Below are positions 1-8,230 of a DNA stretch of 19,123 nt, piece after piece; position 1 is the stretch's first letter, and each line of letters opens with the position of its first letter. The DNA comes from an uncultured bacterium (lineage in GTDB: Bacteria > Hydrogenedentota > Hydrogenedentia > Hydrogenedentales > JAEUWI01). Where the stretch lies: NCBI GenBank assembly GCA_963977445.1, contig CAXBPH010000125.1:1-19123 (forward strand), written 5' to 3'. The notes beneath the pieces were generated by a model that made no database searches, was not told where the DNA came from, and saw only the letters and a program-made list of their open reading frames with translations. A program made the position numbers and the translations under genes.

Positions 1-1114
1 GGTTGTAGAGTCCGGTCAGGCCATCTGTAATGGCAAGGCGCTCCAGCCGTTCGTTGGCCACCTGAATGCTTTCGAAGAGCTGCGCCCGCTCGAGCGCGTT
101 GGAGGCCGCTTCCGCCACGATCTCAAAAAAGCTGATTTCCCGCGCGGAGAAATTGCCTTCTGTGCGTGCGGCACGAAGTAGCAGCGAACCCACATGCTGA
201 TCAAAAAGCACAATCGGTATGACCACCAGGCTGTTGATATTCGCCCGACGAAGCTCTTCCACGAACGGCTCAGTACCCTCACTATCCAGTGCATCATTAA
301 CGACAATTTTCTTTTGCGTCGCCATGGACTGGTGGAGCTCGGGATACTTGAATAATTCAATGGTTTTATTGACCACACTGGCATCTTCGTGGGAAGCCAT
401 GACATGGCCATGGGGGTCGCCCCCCCAGATGCGAACGATAGAACAGCGCTCGGACTTGACCACTTTGGAGATGTGCTCTACAAAGACAAACAGAATGTCG
501 TGGGCCCGTCGTTTGGCTGAGATGGCCTTCAGAATTGCAAGGACCGAGAAGAGGTCGTCTTTGTCCCGCGCGATATTTTCCTGCTGAACGGCCTGGGCAT
601 TGGCGTGGACCGCCATCAAGGTCATGGCCATGGCAGATGCCTCACTGTCAGAGGTCTCCGGCACATGCTGCGTCGTTTCGAATATTTCAGCGTCAATGGC
701 GCCAAACTGGTGCAGCCGATCGGCAACGGCATCCGCATTGCGGCGTTTTAACGACCAGCCACCGGCGAAGCGTTCTTGCTCATTGACAATCGACTTGCTT
801 CCGACGAGAGCCAGGTCACCGTGGGGAGAAAAGCACAAGAGGAGACGATCGCTATTGCGGAGGCCTGCTTCATTTTCACCGGGCGCAATGAGCACCAGGC
901 GCAGCCAATTTGGAGGCTCACCCAACGCGGCGACAAGCTGTTCGGCGCTTTCGGAGTCCGCAATGACCAAGGCCTGATCATGTTCCCCCGCTACGATATG
1001 TTCTAAGGCCTCTTTCATCAAAGCACAAAATACGGAAAAATCGTGAAGGGGAATAAATTTCGAGAGGGTCGAACCCGGCGCGTCGGATACGCGCTCTAAC
1101 AATGAAGATTCCAT
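1..1114 (-). CDS. GAF-domain diguanylate cyclase (GGDEF domain runs off the window start; partial)
   Basis: Not in the ORF track because no stop is in the window. Manual translation: MESSLLERVSDAPG...MKEALEHIVAG...ERCSIVRIWGG...SLVVIPIVLFDQHVGSLLL...EISFFEIVAEAASNALERAQLF (GAF)...ERLAITDGLTGLYN, the canonical DxLTGLxN entry to a GGDEF domain. Alternative ATG at 1018. Confidence 0.85.
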   Translation of the reverse strand, partial: MESSLLERVSDAPGSTLSKFIPLHDFSVFCALMKEALEHIVAGEHDQALVIADSESAEQLVAALGEPPNWLRLVLIAPGENEAGLRNSDRLLLCFSPHGDLALVGSKSIVNEQERFAGGWSLKRRNADAVADRLHQFGAIDAEIFETTQHVPETSDSEASAMAMTLMAVHANAQAVQQENIARDKDDLFSVLAILKAISAKRRAHDILFVFVEHISKVVKSERCSIVRIWGGDPHGHVMASHEDASVVNKTIELFKYPELHQSMATQKKIVVNDALDSEGTEPFVEELRRANINSLVVIPIVLFDQHVGSLLLRAARTEGNFSAREISFFEIVAEAASNALERAQLFESIQVANERLERLAITDGLTGLYN

Positions 1115-1321
1115 AGATTTTCGAGAATTCTTTCTCTAATGGACAAATAATTCGAGCCGGAACTCGAAAGGCTGTCCTGTCTGGGGCGGGCAAGAAATCA
1201 ATGGCGCTCAATTCTCAACCAAACGAATTTAAAGGCTCGGGCGACGCGTCGCCTAAGCAAAATCGCCTATTCCCGACACATACAGGTAGCAAGCCCAACC
1301 ACATTGCAGACCCAAAGTCTG

Positions 1322-1351
1322 ATTATCCTTCGATTTCGTCTCGAAAGTCAA
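1322..1351 (-). promoter_or_regulatory. possible sigma70 promoter for the GGDEF gene
   Basis: Minus strand TTGACT-N18-GATAAT. Confidence 0.35.
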
Positions 1352-1363
1352 GAGAGGGACCGC

Positions 1364-2605
1364 TCAGCTCGTACTGCTAAGGGATTTCCAGTCAATAGTT
1401 TCCACAACTTCCACGGGGGTAGAACGCACGACGAGATCATACAATTCTTCAACTTCCGCGTTGTGCATTCGTGGGCATCCGTGGGACTGATACAAGCCGA
1501 TGCTGTCTGGCGCTACGGTTCCGTGAATTCCCAGATCAGAGGGCAGTCCCTCCCCCGCAGGAACCATAGGCATCCAGCGACTGCCCAGTTCATTCTCCGG
1601 ATCGCCGGGAGGAACGGAGGGTCGGTTTGCAGGAAACCACGTTGGATCTTTTTGCTTGCTGCCGATGGTGTAGGTGCCCAGGGTGGTTTCATGGCCTTCC
1701 ATGCCCAAGCCGGTGTAGTAGCGTTTGAAGGGGCCTTGATTGTCCATGAGAAAGAGGCGGCATGTTGAGCGCTCGATGACGATGCGGAAGTCTTTTGGGG
1801 TGTATTTCAACATTTGCCCCAGATGGAGTTTGCTGGGGTCGGTAATGTCATTGGCCCGGGTCAATAATCCCTGGGTCGTGTTCAGTTTGATGCCAATGTC
1901 TGTCAGATTGTCACCCGACTGAATGGAATAGTATTTACTCTCGGGCGTCTCGATTTGCGAGAAGGACAGGGTGACATTCAATTCCCCGAGGGCATCCAGC
2001 GCGGTATTCCAATCCTCCGAGTTCACGGCAGCATCGTCCAGCGCCAAGCGGTACAAATCCCGGGCTTCTACCATCTTGTTGTCCAGGCGAGCGAGTCGTC
2101 CCAGGCCAATCAGCGCGGGAGAACGCATGCCGGATGGAGCGCTCTTCTGGAGGGCTTCATATTGCTTGCGGGCTTCTTCAAAACGCTGCTGCTTTTCGAG
2201 GGCCTCGCCATAGCCGGCGACATAGAGAGGGCGTTTGGGATCGTTAGACGAATTACCCAGTAGCTGCTCATAGAGCCGAACGAGATCGCCCCAGGCTTCC
2301 GTCTTTTTTGCCAGGCCAATACGCTCAAGGAGAAGGGCGTTACGTTTTGAAGGATCGCTCTCCGTTTCCAGTGCGGAATCCAACACGGCCGCCGCGGCCT
2401 CCAGACCACCTGCTTCCGCCTCTTTCTGGGCGCGCTCTACCACAGAAACAGCCGCCTCGTCGGCGAACATACCATCCCACTTAGACTTCAAAAAGGGGTA
2501 GGTCTGAAAAACGGCAAAGGCGATGATAAACAGGATGGTCAGCCGTAAGACGGTACGAGAGAGCCCCGGTTGATCCTTGTTATTTGAACTGTAATGAGTA
2601 ACCAT
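1364..2605 (-). CDS. membrane-anchored TPR + LysM + L,D-transpeptidase (YkuD family)
   Basis: N-terminal hydrophobic helix; TPR-like helices; LysM (YSIQSGDNLTDIGIKLNTTQGLLTRANDITDPSKLHLGQML); YkuD catalytic motif GIHGT...SHGCPRMH. Confidence 0.9.
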   Translation of the reverse strand: MVTHYSSNNKDQPGLSRTVLRLTILFIIAFAVFQTYPFLKSKWDGMFADEAAVSVVERAQKEAEAGGLEAAAAVLDSALETESDPSKRNALLLERIGLAKKTEAWGDLVRLYEQLLGNSSNDPKRPLYVAGYGEALEKQQRFEEARKQYEALQKSAPSGMRSPALIGLGRLARLDNKMVEARDLYRLALDDAAVNSEDWNTALDALGELNVTLSFSQIETPESKYYSIQSGDNLTDIGIKLNTTQGLLTRANDITDPSKLHLGQMLKYTPKDFRIVIERSTCRLFLMDNQGPFKRYYTGLGMEGHETTLGTYTIGSKQKDPTWFPANRPSVPPGDPENELGSRWMPMVPAGEGLPSDLGIHGTVAPDSIGLYQSHGCPRMHNAEVEELYDLVVRSTPVEVVETIDWKSLSSTS

Positions 2606-2623
2606 AACTACATGTTGTCCCGA

Positions 2624-3565
2624 CTATATTTTGGATTCGGCCACCCGTGAGAGATCCAGCAGCATCTCCGTAACAGATTGGTATCGACGCTCAATGCGGC
2701 GTCGAAGGGCCTTCAAAATAATACGGTCCAACTGCTGTGTAACATTCTTATTATATTTGGAGGGTGGCTCAAACTTTATTTTGCGGTTTACGATCTGCTT
2801 CTGAATCGCCCGTGTGTCGTGGCCTTCGCAGGGGTGGCGCCCGGCGAAAAGCTCGTACATAGTGATGCCAAAGGAAAAAATGTCCGATCGGGCATCCAAC
2901 TTTTGTTTGGTAAGCTGCTCGGGGGACATATACAGGCGCGTTCCCCCACTCTCCTTCATCCAACGGGTGCGCCAGTTGGCACTGGATTTGGAGAGACCAA
3001 AGTCCACAATTTTTACCTGGGTCCCATCGCGGGAGAACAGGAAGTTCGCCGGTTTGATATCCCGGTGAACGATATTGTTCTGATGAAGAAAATCGAGTCC
3101 CTGGCAGAGTTTAATACAAAGGTCGATCATCTGAGTCATGCTCAGGTCACGGTCGTGAATATGTTTCTTCAGATCGTAGCCATCGATGAACTCCATCAGC
3201 AGGCAACGACGCTTGTTGCCGGCCCGATCTTCCTGGATGACAATCTCATTGTGCATCTTGATGATCATCGGATGATCCAGCGCGGCGGCAATCATGATCT
3301 CTCGCCCAAGATAGTCGCGCTTACGCCGCTTCTTGTCGATGTCATAACGCCTGTCAAGCACCTTGATGGCAATGGTCTTGTCGTTTACCCGGTCAATGGC
3401 TTTGTACACCGTACCCATACCGCCGCTACCGATAGGCGCTATGATGTCATAGGGCCCCACGTGCGTCAGCTCAAATTGGGATTCATCGAGGGAGCCGACT
3501 GCCCCTTCGTCATCCGAGCCGTTCTCGACGGGCTCGGCAACCTTCTTTTTACGAAAAAATCTCAT
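2624..3565 (-). CDS. Hanks-type serine/threonine protein kinase, kinase domain only
   Basis: GSGGMGTVYKA, IAIK, HRDIKPAN, DFG and YMSPEQ motifs. Start placed at ATG 3565, which is preceded by GGAG. Confidence 0.93.
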   Translation of the reverse strand: MRFFRKKKVAEPVENGSDDEGAVGSLDESQFELTHVGPYDIIAPIGSGGMGTVYKAIDRVNDKTIAIKVLDRRYDIDKKRRKRDYLGREIMIAAALDHPMIIKMHNEIVIQEDRAGNKRRCLLMEFIDGYDLKKHIHDRDLSMTQMIDLCIKLCQGLDFLHQNNIVHRDIKPANFLFSRDGTQVKIVDFGLSKSSANWRTRWMKESGGTRLYMSPEQLTKQKLDARSDIFSFGITMYELFAGRHPCEGHDTRAIQKQIVNRKIKFEPPSKYNKNVTQQLDRIILKALRRRIERRYQSVTEMLLDLSRVAESKI

Positions 3566-3633
3566 TGGCTGCTCCATATAATGACTGGCGTGATCATAAG
3601 AGCAAGACACACCCCATTTCAATATTGGTGAAT

Positions 3634-4593
3634 TCAGCCTTGTTTCCAGCTGGCGACGCCGGCCGGGACAGCCACTTCCTTCATCATATCGGCCAATACC
3701 GTCTCCGTCGTTACCCGGCGGAGGCGACTTTCCGGATTGAGAATCAGGCGATGTTGCAAGACGGGCGTTACCAGCGCCTTAACGTCATCGGGAATCACAT
3801 AGCTCCGCCCCTCTACCGCCGCATAGGCCTGGGAGGCACGGAAAAGCATGATAGAGGCCCGGGGGCTGCCGCCGAGGGTCAAGTGGGTCGAATCCCGCGT
3901 GCGGTGGACCAGGCGAACGATATAATCCCGGACCTTTTCGTGGACGAAGATGTCCCGAATGGACCGCTGCATTCGCTGTATGGTGAGGGCATCGGTTACC
4001 GGTTGGAGTTCGTCCACCGGGTGGGAAATGCGTGTTTTTTCCAGAATACTGAGTTCGGCCATGATGTTGGGGTAGCCTATGGAAAGACGCATCATAAATC
4101 GATCAAGCTGGGCCTCCGGCAAAGGGAAGGTGCCCTCGTGCTCCACAGGATTCTGGGTGGCGAAGACCGTGAAGGGCTGGATCAGCTTGTAGGTGTGGCC
4201 ATCGACCGACACCTGCCCTTCCGCCATGGCTTCCAACAGGGCCGACTGGGTACGGGGCGTGGCCCGGTTAATTTCGTCCGCCACCAGCACCTGGGAAAAC
4301 AACGGACCCCGACGAAACTCGAAGTCCTGGGTATGTTGATTGTAAATAGAAACGCCACTGATGTCGGTGGGCAACAAATCGGGGGTGCACTGGACACGGC
4401 TGAAGGTGCAGCCGCTGGAAACAGCCAGGGCCCGGACCAGCATGGTTTTCGCCACACCGGGCACATCTTCCAGGAGGACATGGCCCCCTGCCAGGTAGGC
4501 GGAGAGGGCACTCTTTACCACCCGGGGCTTATCCAGGATGACGAGTTCCACATTGGCAATAAGATCTTTGATAACCTGTCTGAATCCAGCCAC
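3634..4593 (-). CDS. moxR: MoxR-family AAA+ ATPase
   Basis: GHVLLEDVPGVAKT, RVQCTPDLLPTD, DEINRATPRTQSALLEAM, ATQNPVEHEGTFPLPEAQLDRF. Likely start is GTG at 4593 after AAAGGA; the ORF extends to 4644. Confidence 0.93.
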   Translation of the reverse strand: MAGFRQVIKDLIANVELVILDKPRVVKSALSAYLAGGHVLLEDVPGVAKTMLVRALAVSSGCTFSRVQCTPDLLPTDISGVSIYNQHTQDFEFRRGPLFSQVLVADEINRATPRTQSALLEAMAEGQVSVDGHTYKLIQPFTVFATQNPVEHEGTFPLPEAQLDRFMMRLSIGYPNIMAELSILEKTRISHPVDELQPVTDALTIQRMQRSIRDIFVHEKVRDYIVRLVHRTRDSTHLTLGGSPRASIMLFRASQAYAAVEGRSYVIPDDVKALVTPVLQHRLILNPESRLRRVTTETVLADMMKEVAVPAGVASWKQG

Positions 4594-4693
4594 GATGGGT
4601 CCTTTGCTGCTCGATGGTGAACCTGATAATAGCGAGATTTTCACCGTAAAGCAACCAGGCCATTTTCACGGTTACACGTAAGAGCTATGGCGG

Positions 4694-4722
4694 TTGACAG
4701 TGATAACGATCACTGCTAGGCT
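4694..4722 (+). promoter_or_regulatory. sigma70 promoter with a palindromic operator in the spacer
   Basis: TTGACA-N17-TAGGCT with an extended TG; inverted repeat CAGTGAT-aacg-ATCACTG at 4698-4715. Confidence 0.7.
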
Positions 4723-4841
4723 GAAGGTATCTTGCCGTGTGATTGATTCGCCGGTTGAACGACGGGTGTCTTGTATCTATTACTCCCAATCGACACTAAT
4801 TTTCGAAGCCAAGTCGAACGAATAACTTGAGGTGCGCAGCT

Positions 4842-5819
4842 ATGAATCGTCCTGCCCTATCTAAAATTACAGCCTTTTCCTGTATGGTCGCTATGGCCCT
4901 CTCCCCCACCGTTCGGGCGGACGAAATTGTCATCGACGGAACCCACTATGCGAATGTATATCTGCGCTCGACGGAGGCGACCTATTTCGTTCAGACACCG
5001 GAAGATGGCAAAATAATTACGGCGTCCCGGAACAAGGTAGACGAGGCCACCGTAAAGCGCTCTGCCGATCCCGCGGTACGGACGGCCCTCCTTGCGAAGT
5101 GGAAAGAAAATAACCCCCGACACCAGCAAGAGCTGGAACAAGAAGCCCGTGTAGCGTCGATTGTGGCGCAGGCGGCCTCGTCGGAGCAGGAGCGCCTGAC
5201 CGCCATCCCATCCATCACGGCGCGGGGTGACGGTGCGGCCGATGGAGCGGAGCAATCGACCGGGGCCCGGTCCGACGGGTATGTGCCCTACATCAATCTG
5301 AAAGATATTCCGCTGAAGGCCGCCCTCAACGGCATCTTACGTCCCATGGGACTCGACTACCGCATCTATGGGGACATTGTGTATGTCAGCACCCCTTCCC
5401 TCCTACGACGTGAGGCCCACGAGCCCATGGTGACCCGCCAGTATCGATTCTATGGCAACGACACCATGAGCAAGATCGTATTGAACAGTGCGGCAGGTAG
5501 CCGGGCATCGGCCCAGACCGCTGGTGGTGGTTTTGGAGGGGGCGGATTCGGCTCCGGGTTCAGCGGCGGTGCCCAAGGCGGCCAGCGTGGCACCCAGGGA
5601 GGCGTTGGTGGCGCGAACGGCTTCGGTGGCAGTGGTGGTGGTCAGGGACGTCAAGGGGGCGGTGGCGGCGGTTTTGGCGGCCAGGGCGGCCAAGGTGGAT
5701 TTGGAGGCGGTGACGTCACCAGCATCGGCAATATAAGCCAACTCTTCTCCACCATCGATGACCGTCTGGTCGGCGAAGCTCCAGCCGTCATTGGCAGCGG
5801 ATACTATTTTCAGGACTGA
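4842..5819 (+). CDS. secreted hypothetical protein with an STN-like domain and a Gly/Gln/Phe-rich low-complexity region
   Basis: GAGGTG RBS before ATG 4842; signal peptide ending VRA|DE; INLKDIPLKAALNGILRPMGLDYRIYGDIVYVST resembles secretin/TonB short N-terminal domains; long GGGFGG/GGQG tract. Confidence 0.75.
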   Translation: MNRPALSKITAFSCMVAMALSPTVRADEIVIDGTHYANVYLRSTEATYFVQTPEDGKIITASRNKVDEATVKRSADPAVRTALLAKWKENNPRHQQELEQEARVASIVAQAASSEQERLTAIPSITARGDGAADGAEQSTGARSDGYVPYINLKDIPLKAALNGILRPMGLDYRIYGDIVYVSTPSLLRREAHEPMVTRQYRFYGNDTMSKIVLNSAAGSRASAQTAGGGFGGGGFGSGFSGGAQGGQRGTQGGVGGANGFGGSGGGQGRQGGGGGGFGGQGGQGGFGGGDVTSIGNISQLFSTIDDRLVGEAPAVIGSGYYFQD

Positions 5820-5900
5820 GGTGTTGGCAGGGTGCTTGTCTGACACGGTGCCTGCGTGTATCCTCATCGATTCTCGTGCGGTATACGTGCCCTTGGCGTA

Positions 5901-6125
5901 GGCTGCGATGACGCAAAGGAGCTTGGACATTCCCACCTTGGCGCGTCTTCGACCTGTCCGAGGCAAGGCCCGCTTCAACGCCGAATGGCAATAGGAGCGT
6001 GCAGAATGCCCTCCTGTTACCAACGATACGACTTCTCTTTTCCACGTACACCCGCAGATACGACGTATGCTGCCATGTCCGAGTGTATTTTGCCTCGGAC
6101 AAGAATGTCCAAGATCCTTGGCGCG
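5901..6125. repeat. REP-doublet (REPIN)/MITE-like element, copy 1
   Basis: Colinear with 6334-6558 at an offset of 433 bp, about 14 substitutions over about 216 bp; terminal inverted arms. Confidence 0.85.
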
Positions 6126-6333
6126 GAAGATTTCCTTTGTTAGTGTGGTGCATTCATCCATGGCGCTCTTCCTGGATCACCGGGTCGAGGTTTTGAGCCG
6201 CCGTGATGCGCGCCGCCAGATCACGGACCTTTTTGCTGGATGTCGTTGTTTAGTGGGGTGTTCATATTGTTGCCCTCCCGGATTTATTTTTGCTGGGGAT
6301 AGCTGTACACGCCATACCCTGTAAGAAATACCT

Positions 6334-6558
6334 GGCTGTGGCGACGCAAAGGATCTTGGACATTCCCACCTTGGCGCGTCTTCGACCTGTCCGAGGCAAC
6401 GCCCGCTTCAACGCCGAATGGCAATAGGAACGTTTAGAATGCCCTCGTGTTACCAACGATACGACTTCTCTTTTTCACGTACACCCGCAGATACGAGGTA
6501 TGCTGCCATGCCCGATTGTGTCTTGCCTCGGACAGGAATGTCCAAGATCCTTGGAGCG
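6334..6558. repeat. REP-doublet (REPIN)/MITE-like element, copy 2
   Basis: Left arm AAGGATCTTGGACATTCC-(21 nt)-TGTCCGAGGCAA is the reverse complement of right arm TTGCCTCGGACAGGAATGTCCAAGATCCTT. Confidence 0.85.
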
Positions 6559-6562
6559 CCCG

Positions 6563-6666
6563 CTGTGGGACCTGTGGGACTTTGACCTATTACAAATTCA
6601 TTCGACTGTGTGTCAACGACAGGCGTCTCAGTCCCACGGGTCTCACCGGTCCCACTCGTCCCAGCC
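6563..6666. repeat. inverted arrays of 9-nt repeats
   Basis: CTGTGGGAC x2 (6563-6580) facing GTCCCACGG GTCTCACCG GTCCCACTC GTCCCAGCC (6631-6666). Confidence 0.75.
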
Positions 6667-6675
6667 CCCAACAAC

Positions 6676-6702
6676 AAAAAAAGCGCTGCCCGCAGGCAGC
6701 GC
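6676..6702 (-). terminator. intrinsic terminator of nrdR
   Basis: Minus strand GCGCTGCC-tgcg-GGCAGCGC followed by TTTTTTT. Confidence 0.9.
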
Positions 6703-6728
6703 CATAAACTTTGCTATCAATTTCGTTC

Positions 6729-7178
6729 TCAGGTCAACATGCTTTTCAGCTCACCCATGAACTCATTGAGATCTTTGAACTGTCGATACACGGAAGCGAA
6801 GCGCACATAGGCCACTTCGTCAAGCTGCTTCAGCTTGGTCATGACCGCTTCACCCACGGCCACCGTATTCACCTCGTGCTCGGTGGAATTAAACAGCTCG
6901 CGCTCCACTTCGTCGATAAGGGCATCTACCTGCTCGAGGCCAATGGGACGTTTTTCGACGGCCTTGAGGATGCCACTCTTGAGCTTCCAGCGGTCGAAGT
7001 TTTCACGACGTCCATCTTTCTTGATGACCATCTGGGCAACTTCTTCGATACGTTCGTAGGTCGTGAACCGGCGTCCGCATTTAAGGCATTCCCGACGACG
7101 GCGAATGGCATCGCCCTCTTTAGAGGATCGGGAGTCGACAACACGACCGTTGGTATCGTTACAGAAAGGACAACGCAT
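6729..7178 (-). CDS. nrdR: transcriptional repressor NrdR
   Basis: MRCPFC...VVDSR...IRRRRECLKCGRRFTTYER zinc ribbon, ATP-cone, and LDEVAYVRFASVYRQF. Confidence 0.98.
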   Translation of the reverse strand: MRCPFCNDTNGRVVDSRSSKEGDAIRRRRECLKCGRRFTTYERIEEVAQMVIKKDGRRENFDRWKLKSGILKAVEKRPIGLEQVDALIDEVERELFNSTEHEVNTVAVGEAVMTKLKQLDEVAYVRFASVYRQFKDLNEFMGELKSMLT

Positions 7179-7262
7179 AGTTGGTCTGGCACCTTATTTT
7201 AACGGCGAAACGGCGTTCCATTGGATGAACTAACCACCACAGACACATACTGAGCCGCGCCA

Positions 7263-7314
7263 CATCCACATATTGTATGCTAAGAAGCCTACCAAATACC
7301 ATATACGGTGTCAA
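7263..7314 (-). promoter_or_regulatory. nrdR sigma70 promoter with tandem NrdR-box-like sites
   Basis: TTGACA(7314-7309)-N17-TAGGCT(7291-7286); 16-mers ACACCGTATATGGTAT (7311-7296) and ATACAATATGTGGATG (7278-7263) resemble the NrdR consensus acaCwAtATaTwGtgt. Confidence 0.7.
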
Positions 7315-7847
7315 GCGTAAAAGGATAGGGTCGTTTTTCCGTATCGCCGTTCCCGCTGGCGTGTCAGTCGGCCTACCACTTCGGGAAGATGTATCTTTGA
7401 GGTATGTTCCATAATCACCTGTCCCCCTTCCGCGAGTAAATTGGCCTGGTCGATCCCCGCCAACACGTCTTCATAGCGGTCCTGGTTATAGGGCGGATCG
7501 ACGAAGATGAAGGTGTAGGTGCCGCCTACCCGATGAAGTTCTTCCGGGATTCGGGAGCGCAGGAGTCTCGCCACCTTATCCAGGCGGGTTGTTTCCAGAT
7601 TTTTGCGAATACAGGCCTGTGATTGGCTGTGATCGTCCACAAATACGGCGTTGGATGCGCCCCGACTCAAGGCCTCAATCCCATTGGCACCGCTGCCGGC
7701 GTAAAGATCGAGGAAGGCCACACCGGGCAAGTCGGGATCGATAATACTAAACAAGGCTTCCCGGACGCGATCCAGGGTTGGGCGAACACGGTCCCCCACC
7801 GGCGTGGCGAGACGCATTCCACGGGCCTGACCGGCGATTACTCGCAT
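7311..7847 (-). CDS. rsmD: 16S rRNA (guanine966-N2)-methyltransferase
   Basis: MRVIAGQARG...RPTLDRVREALFS, LDLYAGSG, EALSRGA, DPPY, RYGKT. Confidence 0.96.
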   Translation of the reverse strand: MRVIAGQARGMRLATPVGDRVRPTLDRVREALFSIIDPDLPGVAFLDLYAGSGANGIEALSRGASNAVFVDDHSQSQACIRKNLETTRLDKVARLLRSRIPEELHRVGGTYTFIFVDPPYNQDRYEDVLAGIDQANLLAEGGQVIMEHTSKIHLPEVVGRLTRQRERRYGKTTLSFYA

Positions 7848-7939
7848 GGCGGGCAGACAGCCGGAAACAGGTCCGATTGGGCTGAAGTGGGTCCAAATGG
7901 CCCTTTTCGACGTAGTTTTGCCATATTTTGCTCATGCTT

Positions 7940-8230
7940 CCTTAATAGGTCGTATAATTATCGGTGGATTGTATCGACAAAACAGGGAATGTACTCAGTA
8001 ACTACCACAGGATCGTTGCAATTGCAAATGGCCTAAGTCGTTGTTAATTCTCTGTTTATGGGTATTGGTACATTTCAACTGCCCAATTTTTTGTCAATCA
8101 GGGGCTGTGGATAACTTGTGGATAAGTCCGCCGAATGTAATGCATTGTATACGGTTTTGGGATACGGGATAGGCGCGTATAGCAATTAAATATATGGTTA
8201 ATTGGCCGTCCGTCGGACAATTGAAGATAA
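7940..8230. other. AT-rich region with DnaA boxes (candidate oriC or DnaA-binding locus)
   Basis: Two perfect TGTGGATAA boxes (8106-8114, 8117-8125); IHF-like TAACAAcgacTTA (minus strand, 8034-8046); two-mismatch boxes at 7971-7979 and 8222-8230. Confidence 0.55.

Noticed and set aside
16..1006. Listed ORFs over 16-1006
   Set aside because: They are off-frame or antisense to the GAF-GGDEF frame that the ORF track missed.
5905..5925. GACGCAAAG as part of a c-di-GMP-I riboswitch
   Set aside because: The upstream GGCAAA and GAAA-tetraloop stem are missing; the motif belongs to the repeat flank.
6201..6234. CCGTGAT...ATCACGG plus T-run as a terminator
   Set aside because: Large loop and a 3-nt gap before the T-run; too weak to call.
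5901..6558. Repeat pair as a DGR template/variable region or a CRISPR array
   Set aside because: Mismatches are not adenine-specific, no reverse transcriptase or cas gene is present, and there are only two long units.
5403..6810. Many short ORFs across the Gly-rich tail and repeats (e.g. 5403-6161, 5999-6196, 6262-6456, 6447-6707)
   Set aside because: They are antisense or repeat-derived frames; the frames are not preserved between the copies and show no recognisable motifs.
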